Assembly: GCF_000315625.1 (NCBI RefSeq)
Contig: NW_005434622.1
Span: forward strand, 200,883-264,882
Source of the DNA: Guillardia theta CCMP2712
Taxonomy: Eukaryota; Protista; Cryptophyta
DNA length: 64,000 nucleotides
Reading direction: 5' to 3'
The translations under genes were made by a program, and so were the position numbers. The notes under the pieces are model-generated. The model saw only the letters and a list, made by a program, of their open reading frames with translations. It searched no databases and was not told the origin of the DNA. Shown here in pieces: positions 40,101-61,609 of the stretch (position 1 is its first letter; each line of letters opens with the position of its first letter).

Positions 40101-40819
40101 AGGAACTACGCCAACCTCTTGGAGCAGCTGTCAGGCAAGGGCGGCTCAGGCAAGCCCAAGAGCGACGAGGGCTCGGGAGGCGCGAAGCAGGCTAACTTGA
40201 GCGTGTCGCCAGTGGATCTCACCAAGAAGGCTGAAGGTCAAGCAGCTGGTGGAAAGATGGACTTGCTGAGCGGTCTGGCGCAAGCTGGGATGAAGGTCAA
40301 GACGGAAGGAGGCGAGCAGGTCGGCGCCATGAACGCCCTCATGGCAGCGATTGAGGTGAGGGAGAGGCTGGCGCGCTCAACCCCTGACTGCTTTCCCAGC
40401 GTGAGAACGACAAGAGCAAGCCGCAGGAGAAGTCCGCGGAGCCTTCCGGTCATGCCAATGCCGCTGAGGTCGAGCAGCGAGGAAAGGAAGAGGTGGCACA
40501 GCCTGCTGAATCGTCGAGCGCGACCAAGAGGAAACTCGAGTCGGACGAGGAAGACTCGGACGCCAAGAGAGAGAAGAGGAGGAGGAGCGACTCGGAGAGC
40601 GTTGCCGACTCCGAGGCCAAGAAGAGCTCAGATGTCAAGAAGGAAGACGAGCAGGCTAGCGAAGAATCAGAGGATGGCGAGGGTGGGCTGGAGATTGACG
40701 ATGAAGAGGAAGAGGAGAAGGCAGAAGAGAAGAAGGCCGAGGCCAGTCAGGAGGCTACGAGCGAGCCAGAGAAAGAGGCCAAGGACGATCAGAAAGAAAG
40801 CTCCTCCGACAAGTCGTAA
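34181..40819 (+). CDS. Large Gln-rich protein encoded by many micro-exons, with C-terminal TPR-like helical domain and acidic/basic tail (putative nuclear regulator)
   Basis: MEQQQAWARQLAAAQS start. Dozens of short CAG-rich exons lie in 34500-37900, followed by the long exon 38482-39063. TPR-like segments: ARFLGDSGQFREADILFDRAR and LGETSLETVKAITMLG..IREEVQGKLHPRTQQARRNYANL. KRKLES..KREKRRR is NLS-like. Stop at 40817-40819. Could be two genes. Confidence 0.7.
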
Positions 40820-40936
40820 TCATTCTCTCCTCCTCTCCCCGAGACATTTAATGATCTAAATAAAACATGGTCAATGAAGCGCTGTCTGCGCCTCATCCCG
40901 CCTCTCTTAACGTCCCTCCCTTCGCCTCTACTCGCT

Positions 40937-41901
40937 CTAGTGAGGTCCAGGGCATCCGAAGCCGCCAGGGTGGGACATGCAGTCAGTCTCGGTTCCTCCG
41001 CGCACGCCTGGCAGAGAGTCAAGAGAAGAGCGCAGCAGAGGAGCAGGTCAACTCACGAGCAAAGACAGAAGAGTGCTGCCCAGCGTACCCGCTAGCATCC
41101 GCCACCATGCTGCGACAAGACCGTCATGGAGGAGGTCAGGAGGGCAAAGAGAGCGCACGTGAGGCCATGGTTTGACGAGTGCATGTCCCATCGCACTTTG
41201 GGGCGAGCAGATTCGCCGCACATGGGGCAGTGGAGCTTGTACACTTCAGCTGCCAAGGCCTGGGTGGAGCCGGTGGGCCTGAGGAAAACAAAGAAAGAGA
41301 CAGTGAGGAACATGGATAGAGAAGAGGAAAGGAGGGTGTAGAGGAACGATCAGGATCATGTGAGGTGAGAGAGGATCAAGTGATGGCGCAGAGGATAGAC
41401 ACTGAGACTATCTCTCACAGGATACAGCAGAGGCATGTAGCTAGCACGATAGCAGGTGAACATTACGTTCAGGGCAGGAGAACGATACCAAGTGAAAGCT
41501 GATGATTGCAAAGGCTGCAATGCAGACCCAGAAATCATCGCAAGCACAGGCGTACGGATATTGGTTCAAGGTGAAAGACATAGAATTAACGATCGTACAA
41601 AAACGTGTCACAATCCTAAACTTACTCCTGATCATCCTGCTCCCTCTGCTACTTTTCTTCATTTTGGCCTTTACCCTGCACCTTCACTGCTCCAGCTCCT
41701 GATCCCGCTCCTAATCCTTCCCTTTCCGCTCACTCGCCTCTTGTCCTTGCTATAGTTTTCTCTCCTCGTCTAAAAGGCTCCTGATCCTCCTCTCCACCAT
41801 CAACACCTTCTCGATCTTGATCCTCCTCGTCTCCTCCTGCTCCCATTCTTCTCACCTTCCTGGCGTGTTCCTCACGCTGTCCGTCATGGGCTGCACCGCC
41901 A
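40937..41901 (-). CDS. Possible small multi-exon hypothetical protein
   Basis: ATG at about 41901 (MAVQPMTDSVRNTPG|GT). GT-AG-bounded segments include a hydrophobic stretch, PTGSTQALAAEVYKLHCPMC and a final GVRGGTETDCMSHPGGFGCPGPH*. The exon chain is not fully resolved. Confidence 0.35.
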
Positions 41902-42950
41902 TCAACAAGCCGAACATGGTTCTATTTCCGTGTTGCGGCGGAATGCGTAACGACAGGATAACGTAGTTTCCCTTCGGCGCGGCAAGTGGCGGCCCGGCCG
42001 ATCTGACGCCCCGGGTGCCGGCAGGTCACTGAAGTTTTTGCAGACGTTACAATCAGACGAATAGAGAAGAATATTGTAACCGCCCTGGCAGATATCTCGC
42101 CGTGATCCCACAGGGGTAGTGCTGTGAGTCCTCAGTACCGGTTATATATACAGAAAATTAGGGTGGAGAGAAGGGGTGGTAATAGATTTACGATTTATTA
42201 GGAGTCGGCCCTGTGGAGTTGACAAGTGGGGTGGGGTTGTCCACTGTGCAGAGTTTATCAGGGGGGTGGGGTTGTCCAATTTCTTTCAATGAGGGGTGGG
42301 TTAAAGTCATTGTCTGGTGCTCCTAGTGCAGAAGAACTGGACTACCCCCTTTATTACTATATTGGTTAGGGGTATTCACGGTATGTGATGGGTACACTAT
42401 TTCGATGTCGTGAAGGTGGGGTGGGTCTTTTTGAGTTGACCGGTGGTCCAAGTCACGTTACCTGCCAACACTCAAGGAACGACTCAACCACCCCAGCCCC
42501 ATTATATACTACCCCACCCCTAAAGAAGCCAAGAAAAATGCTTCCAATGGTAGGAATGGACGGGTGGATGGAACTACCCTACCCACACCGATAAACCATT
42601 TTACACTGTCGGAGAGCAGTGCTCTATACTCTTGATTTCATGGGGGTGGCACAGGAGAATATGGGGTACTGGAATGGATTTGTAGGGTGGTCGAAGCAAA
42701 AGAAGGGTACAATGGCCGACTTAGATGGGTAGGGGTAGTGGAAAACAAATCATGAACGGGTGAAAATACAGAATAATGTAGGGGTATTTGATGATTTTGA
42801 GGGGTACACTCTCCTGAAATTGATTTCGAGGGTAGGGTTACAAAGGACGGGGTGGTTGCATGGATTCCTAGAACGAGTGGTAGGGTGATACTGGGGGCGC
42901 TCGGGATGGGGCGAAAGAAAGGGAGGCTAAGGATTCCATGGCGGGGAGGG

Positions 42951-45171
42951 ATGACGATGGCGGCAAGCCTTCTGCTTGCTTCGCGCGCTCTTCCTCTCTT
43001 ACCATCTCCTCTCTTTCCGATGCCTCTGATCATTCTCCTGTTCGTCGTCGTGCTCTCTGCCATCCCTCCCCCCTCCGTTCTCGGGATCGCTTGCGGATCG
43101 GCGGTTGTCGGGTTCTACATCCATTCCTTCTGGGGTCTAGCATGGCTCTCAGCATGGACAACATGTGCAGTTGCTGCAGCTCTAAGTGATGAGGACAAGG
43201 AGGAAGCGTCTGATGTGCACTGATGTTCTTGGCAGGCTCGGCTGAACTTATCTTTGAAGAGAAATCGGCAGGGGAGAGCAGGAGGCTGGCGATGTGCTCC
43301 TGGGCCCTCCATGCTCCTTCTTTGATGTCGATGAACATGCTGTGGAGCCTGCCGTCCTGCCTGACGCTGCTGCCGAGATTGATGTCGATGGTGTTCTTCG
43401 AGGTATCAGTTACTCCAAAGATCCTGAATAGCTTTGGATGAGTTTGTTGTCGGCAGATTGTTGCATTCTTGACCTTCATCACGATATCCTTCTTATCCAT
43501 GGTGAAATCTTGTTTCTGACTTCCCTCTTGTCCCCTCCTGCTCTCCCAGTTCATCCCCTCCTCCCTTCTCTTCCTCCTCCACGGACGATGGTGGGTTGTA
43601 ATTTTTTGAAGCTGGGCGAGAAGCATTTAGAGCCTTCCGAGGACAAGGATCGGGGCCACAAGGAGGAAGCAGGGATCGCGACTACTCCCGTCGTCTTCGT
43701 CGGTGGACCCAACGGAGGTTGGCTGCGCCATTCCTGCTGCCGTCATGAGCGCTTGTGATTTCGCTGTGCAGGGGAGTCGAGCTGGTTAGTGGCGAAGCTC
43801 AACTTTGCTCGACAGAGGCAGAGCTTCTCGCCGATCCTGGTGTTCAACCTGGAAAAGGAGAGCAACGAAGGCATCCTTGGGTCCTCCGACCGGCTCGCCA
43901 GCTTCGTCCAGGAGCATGTGCTGCCTGTCTACGGGCCGAGAGTTTGCCTAGTCGGTCACTCGGTCGGAGGGCTGATCTGTGCCTACTATGCTGACTTCGT
44001 GGCCCCAAGCCAGCAAGTGAAGGTAGAGACAGGCGATGCTGCTGCTGCCGATGATGATGATGATGGTGCTGGTGCTGGTGCTGGTGCTGGTGCTGGTGCT
44101 GGTGCTGGTGATGATGATGACGATGTCAAGGTTGACAAGGCTGATTTTTGCTGATGTTAAAACTTAGGTGGTCAGTGTTGTTTGCATCAGCACACCATGG
44201 AAAGGGATAGAGGAGGGCGTGTCAGGGAAGATCAAGAAATGGTTGATGTTTGGACCCAACACCTCTGCGAAGAAGATGATGGTACCTGTGTGCTTGCGAC
44301 TTGTTAGGGTATGTGAGGAGCGAGCAGGTTGACTTACAAGAAAACTCTGCCGTGCTGCACAGCATTCAAGAGTGTCAGCTGCAGCCAGCTCACCTCCAGG
44401 TGAAACAGACGGAGCTGGGGAGGAGTTGGAGATGACTCTGGCTCAGAGTGCGGGGAGAGCGAGGTTTTACAACATGGCGGGGCGAGGAGACTGGTTGGTG
44501 CACCAAGGAAGGTGAGGCGCTCGAGTGAGGGAGGACGGAGGACAGTTTTTGATGGTGGGACATGCAGGCATATCATGGAGAGAAACGCGTTCTGGTGCTG
44601 CTGGCTCCCCCACGTGGGCCACTACTCCATCCTCCTCTCGCAGACAGTGTGGGACCAGGTGGGAATCAGAGCAGCGAGGATGGAGGGATAGGAGTGTGAG
44701 AGGAGGAGAACAGGCAGGAAGGACAGGGAGGAGGGGATGGTTATGTGGGATTGCAGAGTAGATCGATGAGAGCGGATAAGATACGAGTGCACGAGCAGTG
44801 AAGAGGGGGGGGGGGGGGGTCTGGAAAGGGAGTAAGAGAGTTAAGAGCAGAAAGTAGAACGAAAGTGAATAGATAGCAGAGGGCGATCGGAGAGCCAGTG
44901 GAGGGGCTAAAACGTCTCGTTTGCAGGTCCTTGTGTGGCTTCAGAATGCCTGCATGTCCAAGGGGTGGGTCGCGAGTTTTGCTTCCTCGATTTGTCCTCA
45001 TGTTTTTACAGGAGCTCGGAGGTAGCGTTCAAGTGCGGGGTCAACGGGCCAGCGGAGGAGAAGGACGCCAAGAGGAAGCCGGTAGAGGAGGAGGAGACGA
45101 AGTCAAGCCCCGGGAGGCCTCTCAACTGCCAGTGTGGGAGGATGAACGGGGATGCTGCAAGCTTGGTGTGA
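42951..45171 (+). CDS. Membrane-anchored alpha/beta-hydrolase (lipase/PGAP1-like), multi-exon
   Basis: N-terminal hydrophobic helices, then TPVVFVG, the nucleophile elbow VCLVGHSVGGLICAYYA (GxSxG), SVVCISTPWKG and a putative catalytic His in VGHYSILLSQTVWDQ. Stop at about 45169-45171. Confidence 0.8.
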
Positions 45172-45767
45172 CTGGTGAGAGCGATCGAGGAGAGGGGGAC
45201 CACTCCGCCCTGGCCCTGATGGCTTTGAGGCGACGGGCTGCAGGAATCGTTGTGATCCGGGTGGAGATGGAAATGTAACGTCGAGTAGGACGAGAAACAG
45301 GATGGAATGGTTGAGGAGGAGGAGGAGGAGCTAGTTTGGAGGGGTTGCAGAGGGATGTTGAAGTGCAGGAGGAGGAAGGGAAGAGGCGGACTTTTATTCT
45401 TTATGTATATTCCTGAAGGATTCTTTCATGATGTAGTAAATAACCTGACAACCAAGTTGTTATTTTCTGACACAAAGGTGAGATTGACCAGATAAGCGTT
45501 TTTTTCAGCGAGTGTCACAGACAGACTGATCGTTGGTTCCACGCAAAGACAATCGTGTGAATTCTTACGCATTCAATCTACTTCGATATACGATTGACGG
45601 CGGATCATTACTAGCAACTTCAAACTCACAATTGTTCCAAAGTTCATTTTGCTGTTTTATTCTCTTAAAGACCAAGATAACTCATATGATTTCTGTCGCA
45701 CTGAAGCGATTCTCAGTTGATTACTATGGAATAAAAGCATCTGATTGAACTTTGAATATCAAGAAGA

Positions 45768-47264
45768 TTACTTCGTTTTGAATCGCTTGCTTTGTCGAAT
45801 CGGAGAAGACGCTACTTTGCAGCGATAATGTCCTGAAGTTTTCTCGATACCCTGCTCCTGACTGTGAGAATATCAGGCAACGTCTTGTCAAGATGGCATC
45901 AAAGAGCCATATCACATGGTTGGTACCTGCACAAGATTCGAAAGGATTCTTCTGATGTTTCAGGCTTTTTAGGCTTTGCGGCTTTGGAGTTTTGTACAGG
46001 CTGGCTTCTCCGATTTGCAGCCGTCTTGGACTTTTGCGCGTTTGTTGTCTGAGCTTCTTGGTTGCTTTGTGTCCTGACACTTTCAAAGGGTCAGATCAAA
46101 GAAATCATAGCAGTGCTGAAAGATGTACTTCACAGCGACTGAATGGAATCCTGTGTTGAATCCTCCGATCTGCAGGTCGTTGCTTGAGTCTCCGTAAAAA
46201 TCTGCAGCAATTGTGACCGGTCTCCACGTCCAATGTTGCACACCTTCAGTCGATGGATCCATCCGAAAGTTGTGTGGGGTGAAAGTTTCGTACTCCTCGT
46301 TATGATAATAGTGCATCCGAATCGACAAGAAATATTTCTTTGCACAACAGTCAGTACTTACATGAAGCATATTGCAATACCTGCGGCAGCTCGTCCAGTG
46401 TCCCCAGCATTGCAATGAGTGATCTGACGAGAATCTCTGACGCAAGCAGTTGTGAGTTCAATACTCAGCAATTCATCCAAAGCTCTTACGGGTGTTCTGC
46501 TTGATGCTCTCGTGGCCGGGCAAGTCTTTTGCATTCTTGTTCTTGTGCCTTTGAGTTTCTATGTCCAGACTGCAGTTATCTCCGTCGTACCCAAACGAAA
46601 AGGTATAAGACTCGATGAGATCTTTTTCAGCGCATTCCGGTGAAAGGAAAATTCCCTACGACCATCTAAACTAACGAAAGCTCATTCGGAAAGTCACCAA
46701 AACAAGCCGATGAAGAATCTTCTTTTTCAATGCATCTGCAACAACGTCCACAAAACGTGCACACAACTCACGAGTGTCAATTTGAGCATACCAACAACAT
46801 CCTCCTTGATCCAGCGATAGAGCGTGTCTGCTTTGGGGTTCTCAAGGTTGTTTTTGAAACGATGCAAAGTATTTCTAGCAAAAGTCAGGTCATGAAGATT
46901 TGGTTTTTACAAAGCTCACCCTGCAAACTTAACAGACTCAAAGCAATCCTTTGGGAGCAGTTTTCTGCTGTAGAAGATTTCGCACATGGAAGCAGAAAGC
47001 AGGTTCTGTTCGACATGGTCGATATCAGCGCACACGCGACCTAGGTACTTGAGTTCGAATGATCTTCCTCCTCTATCTCCTCCCCATCTTCTGCTCCTCT
47101 CCACTCCTCTCCACTCCCTCTTCTCTCCTCTTCTCTCCCTCTTCCTCTCCCTCTCATCTCCTCTTCCTCTCCTCTTCTTACTCTACATCTACTCGTCTGT
47201 GACTCACCTGCATAACAGCCTGAGATTCGCGCATGGTCACCGCGCTCGCAGTCGCTGTCGCCAT
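45768..47264 (-). CDS. HOP1: Meiotic HORMA-domain chromosome-axis protein (Hop1/ASY1/HORMAD-like)
   Basis: Spliced: MATATASAVTMRESQAVMQ|NLLSASMCEIFYSRKLLPKDCFESVKFAG|NTLHRFK..LYRWIKEDV|DALKKKILHRLVL|GIFLS..DLIESYTFS|..ILVRSLIAMLGTLDELPQ|KYFLSIRMHYY..PHNF..IGGFNTGFHSVAVNV. C-terminal closure-motif-like RCKVASSPIRQSKRFKTK* (TAA at 45770-45768). Confidence 0.85.
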
Positions 47265-47367
47265 GTTCGGAATGCCACAAACTTCCCTCGTCCCGCCAAA
47301 GGAAAAAAAGAAATCTTGTCTGATTTTCAACAGTTTCCCCGGCCGTGGGCCGGGAGGTTAGTTCGCT

Positions 47368-56518
<9,151 letters not shown>

Positions 56519-56802
56519 CAGGAAGCGACGGTGATGAGCGAGGATGGAAGGCTGGACGCAGGAGGTTGTGAGGAGGAACAAAGGGGAGGAAGGTATACAG
56601 GAAGGACAGGGGAGTGAAGGGTGTGCGGAGGGGGAGGGAGGGCTGGGGGAAGGACAGGAGGAGAGGAGGGGGATCAGGAGGAGGAGGAGGAGGAGGAGGA
56701 GGCGTCGTAGAGTTTCAAGTCTATTAAGAGGAAGAAGATGTCATGGGTACACTCAGATCGCACGCGAGGAAGAGGGGCGTTGCTGTTGCCCTTCCTCCTC
56801 CC

Positions 56803-59800
56803 CTAGCATCCCATGAGAGCCTTCTCCTCGGGGGAGGGCCCAACGCTACAGGAGGGGACGCAGACTGGGCTGTGGGGGGAGATGGTGAAGTCCAGGGAGG
56901 ACATGGGAAGTTCCGGGTTCATCATCTGGAGATCCTTGAATGCGGTCCTGAACCTGCAGGAGACTGTCCTTGCCGCCTCCTCGTTGTCTGTAGAGTACAT
57001 AGTCCCCACCCACAAGGCGACCTTCTGGAAGGGAGAGACGGAGCTTGCGAGGACGGAGCGATCGCTGATGACCGGTACGCTGTTCGTCGAGTTCCGCTCG
57101 CAGTCCAGGTAGTCCTCGCAGAAGGTCCCAAGGTTAAGACGCGAGTCGGCGTTGAGAGTCCATACCCTCATCCAGTTGGTCTTGAGCCCGAAGGTCCCCA
57201 GCAGCTCCCCCAGCACGTTCTCCTTGCTCACGCAGTACCGGCACTTCTCCACCAGCACGTTCACGCACACGTCGCTACATCGCCCGGTGCCGCAGTCTGC
57301 GTCCACCGCGCAGTTCTTGTTCCCGTCCTCCCTGCAGATCCCCTTGGACGAGAAGCTCAGGCTCGTGCTCCCCACAGCGAAGCATGCCGTCACCAGACGC
57401 CCCTCCGACCCTCTTGCGGGCTTGAAGAGGAAGGTGGAGGTGGAGCCTGACTGCACTGTCTCCAGCACAACATTATGCGACGTTGCGTTCTCCCATATCA
57501 CGCTTCCTTGTGCCGAGTAGTCAGCAAGCTGAAGGATCGGTGTGAGGTCCAGCGACAGGGTGCATCCTACTAGCGCCTGCAGCGGCTCCGTCGACTTGAC
57601 CATCCAGTCAACCAGCGATCCCGCCCACTCGAACTTGAGCTGCACGAGCTCCAGCTCGACGCAGTACCTCTCGCCGTTCCACCCCCTGGACGAGGCGTCG
57701 GGCAGCCTCCCGGCGCACGCCGTCGAGTCGTCGGTTGCCACCGCGCACAGCCTGAACTTCTTGCCCATGTCAGCGTTGTCGGGAGTCCAGGTGATCTTTC
57801 TCTGCGCTACGTTGCAGCTCGAGTGGCAGAGGGAGTCGCAGGTCGAGCAAAAGGTGGTGGTGGAGGGAGACGGAGCAACGCACGTCGACCTCTCCACCGA
57901 CACCCCCGTGGGCGGCAGGCCCGGGTTGTCAAGGATTAGGATCTGCACGTGGTCCTCCGGGTTGGGGTCCATGGCCCTCAAGTTCAGCTCCACCTTGAAG
58001 CCGACAGGAATCTGCAGCCTCGCCCGCACGTGCAACCCCTCGGTGAAGTCATAGTCGAACATGGAGGGCTCGGTGAAGGGAGAGCATGGGTAGGTGATGG
58101 TGGTACCCAACCGCACTGGCAAGCAACCCTCAGGGCTGGTAACGAACACGGGAGGGGCTTGTGGCATGATGTTCCAGCACTGTGTTGTCACGTAGCTCCC
58201 AAGGTTGTGGAAGTACAAGTTCTCGTACTCCCTGTTGGCCCATCGGCGATAGCGGAAACGGCTGTTGTCATAGGCATGCGCACAGACTGTCCTCTTTGTG
58301 TTCAGAATCAGTGCCCTCCGCGTCATCCCAGTCAAGCTGTGGTTGTCGAACAGCACAGCGCTGCCTCCCTTCTCGTCGAGCTTGAACAAGATGGTCTGGC
58401 TCGCACGGTTGCTTGCGCTGAAGCTGACGTTGGGGGACAGTGAGGCGTTGATGGAGCTGTCCAGGGAAGCGTTGTACAGAACTCTTGCTACGATCTGGTT
58501 CATGTTGTCCCCCGACCTGCCAGCGTTGAAAGCTCCGAACTTCCCACAGCCGTTGGCAGGTCCAGCAAGGTCTGAGAAGAAGGACCCAGGCCCAGGAGAC
58601 GCATCGTCGACAAAGATTCGCACCTGCTCGCCAGCATCGCTGTCAGACGCGATCAAGTTCAGTCCTAGAGGCGCCCCGAGGCAGGCCGGGTATGGCACGT
58701 TGCCCGGGCCCTGGAGGGAAGAGCCTGGCGATTCAAAGACAGGAGAGTGACCGATGATGTTCATACGGAAGCAAATAGGTTTCGATACGCACGTGCCAGG
58801 CGAATACGTGGCGACGGCCACATAACAGAAGACATACGACTTTCCAATGTCAGCCGTTGTCAAGGTGGGCAAGCAGTTCAACGTTGACGGAGGAATGTAA
58901 GTGCATCGTCCCTCGCAGGCAGGAAAGTCTGATTCTGTTTTGAGAGCGCAGGCAACACAGTAGCCATCGGCTGGCTGAATGCTGAGCGAAGATCCGGTAG
59001 TAGTCGTGACGTTGGCTTGCAGTTTGACAAGGCAGTCTGCGTGAGAGTTGTCATTCCATATGCAGTCTGCTTTAGAGGGAGAGTAGCTTGTCAAGAATGG
59101 AATTTGGGATGCTGTACATGCTGTCTGGTCATCGATGTATATAATAGCTTCTGTGGAGCTGCTCCCGGAGTTGCCAACAGCATAAGAGATTTGGTTGTCG
59201 CTCGGTTCGAGGTCGACGAAGGGAAGGTCTGTCGCTGTAAACCTTACCTTTGACACACCACTGGGAATGGAGCTGAGCGTGAAGTTCCAGGCGGCCTCTG
59301 AGGTAGAGAAAGTCCTTACATTGCCACCATTCACGTTATCTGCAACCTTCACAAAATGCCCGTCCATGTCAGTCACGTGCAGCGTTACGTACGAAGGGCC
59401 AGCGCTGCTCCGGACGATCCTCCATGGCAAGCTGAAGTAAGCCGAGTAGAAGTTTTTGATGCTGCTGGCCGAGCAGCTCTGCGGGTTTGTGCTGGGACAG
59501 CTCTTGCAACACAAGACGATGTTCGAATTGAGTGTGTCACTACCCAGATCGACGGTAATGACCCCACTTGTCGCTTCGTCCGGGACGTTGTTCACTGATG
59601 CGTACCAAGAGAACTCCTGATTCGTCTTGCCAATCAACTTTCCGTTGATCGCAGATTCCGAACCGTTAGCAGGCTTCAGACTGGAGGGTTGGTACGTCAC
59701 AGTATAGGCGAAGGATCCACTGCAGTTTTTCGACCATGCCCCGTTCACAACAAGACTCAACTGACGGCTCGAGTCGGTAGAAAATCGCCACGACAAGCCT

Positions 59801-59892
59801 GCTCCTATCCATGAGCAGGCGCCATCGCAGTGTGAAGCAGAAGCCACCAGGAGGGCGAACAAGAGAGCCTGGCTCGCCATGGAAAACGTCAT
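56803..59892 (-). CDS. Secreted Cys-rich protein, 1029 aa, intronless, with beta-sandwich (cadherin/Ig-like) repeats and two C-terminal LysM-like domains
   Basis: Signal peptide MASQALLFALLVASASHCDG. Repeated 'L.A.D.D....V.I' modules (LIASDSDAGEQVRI; LRAMDPNPEDHVQI). C-terminal CRYCVSKENVLGELLGTFGLKTNWMRVWTLN and MYSTDNEEAARTVSCRFRTAFKDLQMMNPEL..ISPHSPVCVP resemble degenerate LysM. No TM segment. Confidence 0.8.
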   Translation of the reverse strand: MTFSMASQALLFALLVASASHCDGACSWIGAGLSWRFSTDSSRQLSLVVNGAWSKNCSGSFAYTVTYQPSSLKPANGSESAINGKLIGKTNQEFSWYASVNNVPDEATSGVITVDLGSDTLNSNIVLCCKSCPSTNPQSCSASSIKNFYSAYFSLPWRIVRSSAGPSYVTLHVTDMDGHFVKVADNVNGGNVRTFSTSEAAWNFTLSSIPSGVSKVRFTATDLPFVDLEPSDNQISYAVGNSGSSSTEAIIYIDDQTACTASQIPFLTSYSPSKADCIWNDNSHADCLVKLQANVTTTTGSSLSIQPADGYCVACALKTESDFPACEGRCTYIPPSTLNCLPTLTTADIGKSYVFCYVAVATYSPGTCVSKPICFRMNIIGHSPVFESPGSSLQGPGNVPYPACLGAPLGLNLIASDSDAGEQVRIFVDDASPGPGSFFSDLAGPANGCGKFGAFNAGRSGDNMNQIVARVLYNASLDSSINASLSPNVSFSASNRASQTILFKLDEKGGSAVLFDNHSLTGMTRRALILNTKRTVCAHAYDNSRFRYRRWANREYENLYFHNLGSYVTTQCWNIMPQAPPVFVTSPEGCLPVRLGTTITYPCSPFTEPSMFDYDFTEGLHVRARLQIPVGFKVELNLRAMDPNPEDHVQILILDNPGLPPTGVSVERSTCVAPSPSTTTFCSTCDSLCHSSCNVAQRKITWTPDNADMGKKFRLCAVATDDSTACAGRLPDASSRGWNGERYCVELELVQLKFEWAGSLVDWMVKSTEPLQALVGCTLSLDLTPILQLADYSAQGSVIWENATSHNVVLETVQSGSTSTFLFKPARGSEGRLVTACFAVGSTSLSFSSKGICREDGNKNCAVDADCGTGRCSDVCVNVLVEKCRYCVSKENVLGELLGTFGLKTNWMRVWTLNADSRLNLGTFCEDYLDCERNSTNSVPVISDRSVLASSVSPFQKVALWVGTMYSTDNEEAARTVSCRFRTAFKDLQMMNPELPMSSLDFTISPHSPVCVPSCSVGPSPEEKALMGC

Positions 59893-61609
59893 CCTCCTTC
59901 CTCGCTTCTCTGCCTCTGCCTCTCTATCTATCTCTGTCTCTGCTGCTATCTGTCTCCTCTTATCCTCTCATCTCATCCCTCCCTGCCGCCTGAGGCTTGG
60001 CGACGCCATTTCGCTGACTTTCTCCGTGCATTGCCCCTCCGCTGAAGAGCTACCAGCTTTGCAGCCACCCACCCCTCAATGTCCTCTCAAAAACACCAAC
60101 CTACCCTCAGTATTGCACATCCGATTTTGACCCCCTCTTGGAAGTACCCCAATTCCATCGGGTGAAAGCAGTACCAATACCCCCTCACGAACTACGTCAG
60201 GATGTCCAGGGGGACCCCCCACCCACCCTATTTGAACCCACCCGGGACTCTCTCACACTTCAAGTTGTCAAGGTCATGGTACAAAATATCTGAGGCGGAC
60301 CTGAGCTCGGACTCCGGGCCGACCGGGCCGCAGCCCGGCGGCTTCCGACTGACTGAGTCAATTATAATGGCTAATATCTGGTAGTACCAGCAGATGATTT
60401 AAAGTTTTAAAAAGGTCCTCACTTCGTACTAATATCATTACCATGGTACCAGCGAATACAGGCTCAACAGATTTATTTCGATACAAACATGATTCTTTAT
60501 AAATATATAAGTTGTTACATTTACCTTCAATAAGGTACCGTCAATAAGTTCTATTATTGGTTACAGGTACTGTCAATAAGTTTCCAATATTATCTTTTTG
60601 AATCTCGATCGAACTCCTACAACCACCCCCATCCAGTCTCACTACCCTACCTTGTTCCTCCCCCCACCCACCATTCCTCCACCACTCACCCGTACTTTTG
60701 ATATGCCTTAGGTGGGTTATCGTACAAATAATTGATCCTACCCCTCCCTGGTCATTTCCACTGTCCACCCCAACTCATAAACCCCTAGCCCCCCGCTAGC
60801 CCAGGCTTCTCTGCTACATGTCATCACTCCCAACACCCCTACAATTGCCTACATAAGTACCCGTACTTTGGCTGAATCTGTGGGTACCCACCCTGTCCTA
60901 ACGCTTCAATTGTTCGCCCCACCTTCCAGCCCCTACCCCCCAGGTGAGGGTTTTGACCCTTCAACTGAGGGGTGTCATACGATGGTCCACCCACCCCCTG
61001 TTCATTTGTACCACGAGTGTTTAAGTCATATATATTGAGTGATTCTTGCGGTTTTTTTCATGCCGGCGTGAGTCAGGACCCTGCAGCCATGGAGGCTGGC
61101 GGCAGGAGGACGAGGAGGACGAGGACAACAGGGAAGAGGAGAGTAGAGGACGAGACGAGGAGAATATGATGGTGTCGACGACGAGGGTGGGATAGTATTC
61201 CTGAGCGACAGCCGGAGCAAGAGACCAGATGGGAGGAAAGTGGAGGACGTGGGGGGGGGGGGGGGGGGGGGGAGTAGGCGAGGGTGAACGGGCTTGCTAA
61301 CCCAACTGAGCATCTTGCATGACTTTGTTAGTATCTCTCTTGCATATCTTCCCCCACACCGCAGCTCCTGCGTTTTGCCTGCACCATATTCCTTCTTTTT
61401 GAGCCAAAGCAAACGCAAAGAATGGTTATGGCAACGAATCGCAGTAGACCCTTGAGAGCATAACCAGCTCTGCTTGTCTTGATGCAGTGTGTCACCTGCT
61501 GATCATCGAAAGATTCATTCTCTATATCTGACCATGTCTCTGCAGGCTCCTTCAGACTCGTGCTTCCTCTAACCCAGGCTCCATTATCGCGGGGTTCACT
61601 GTTGAGGAA

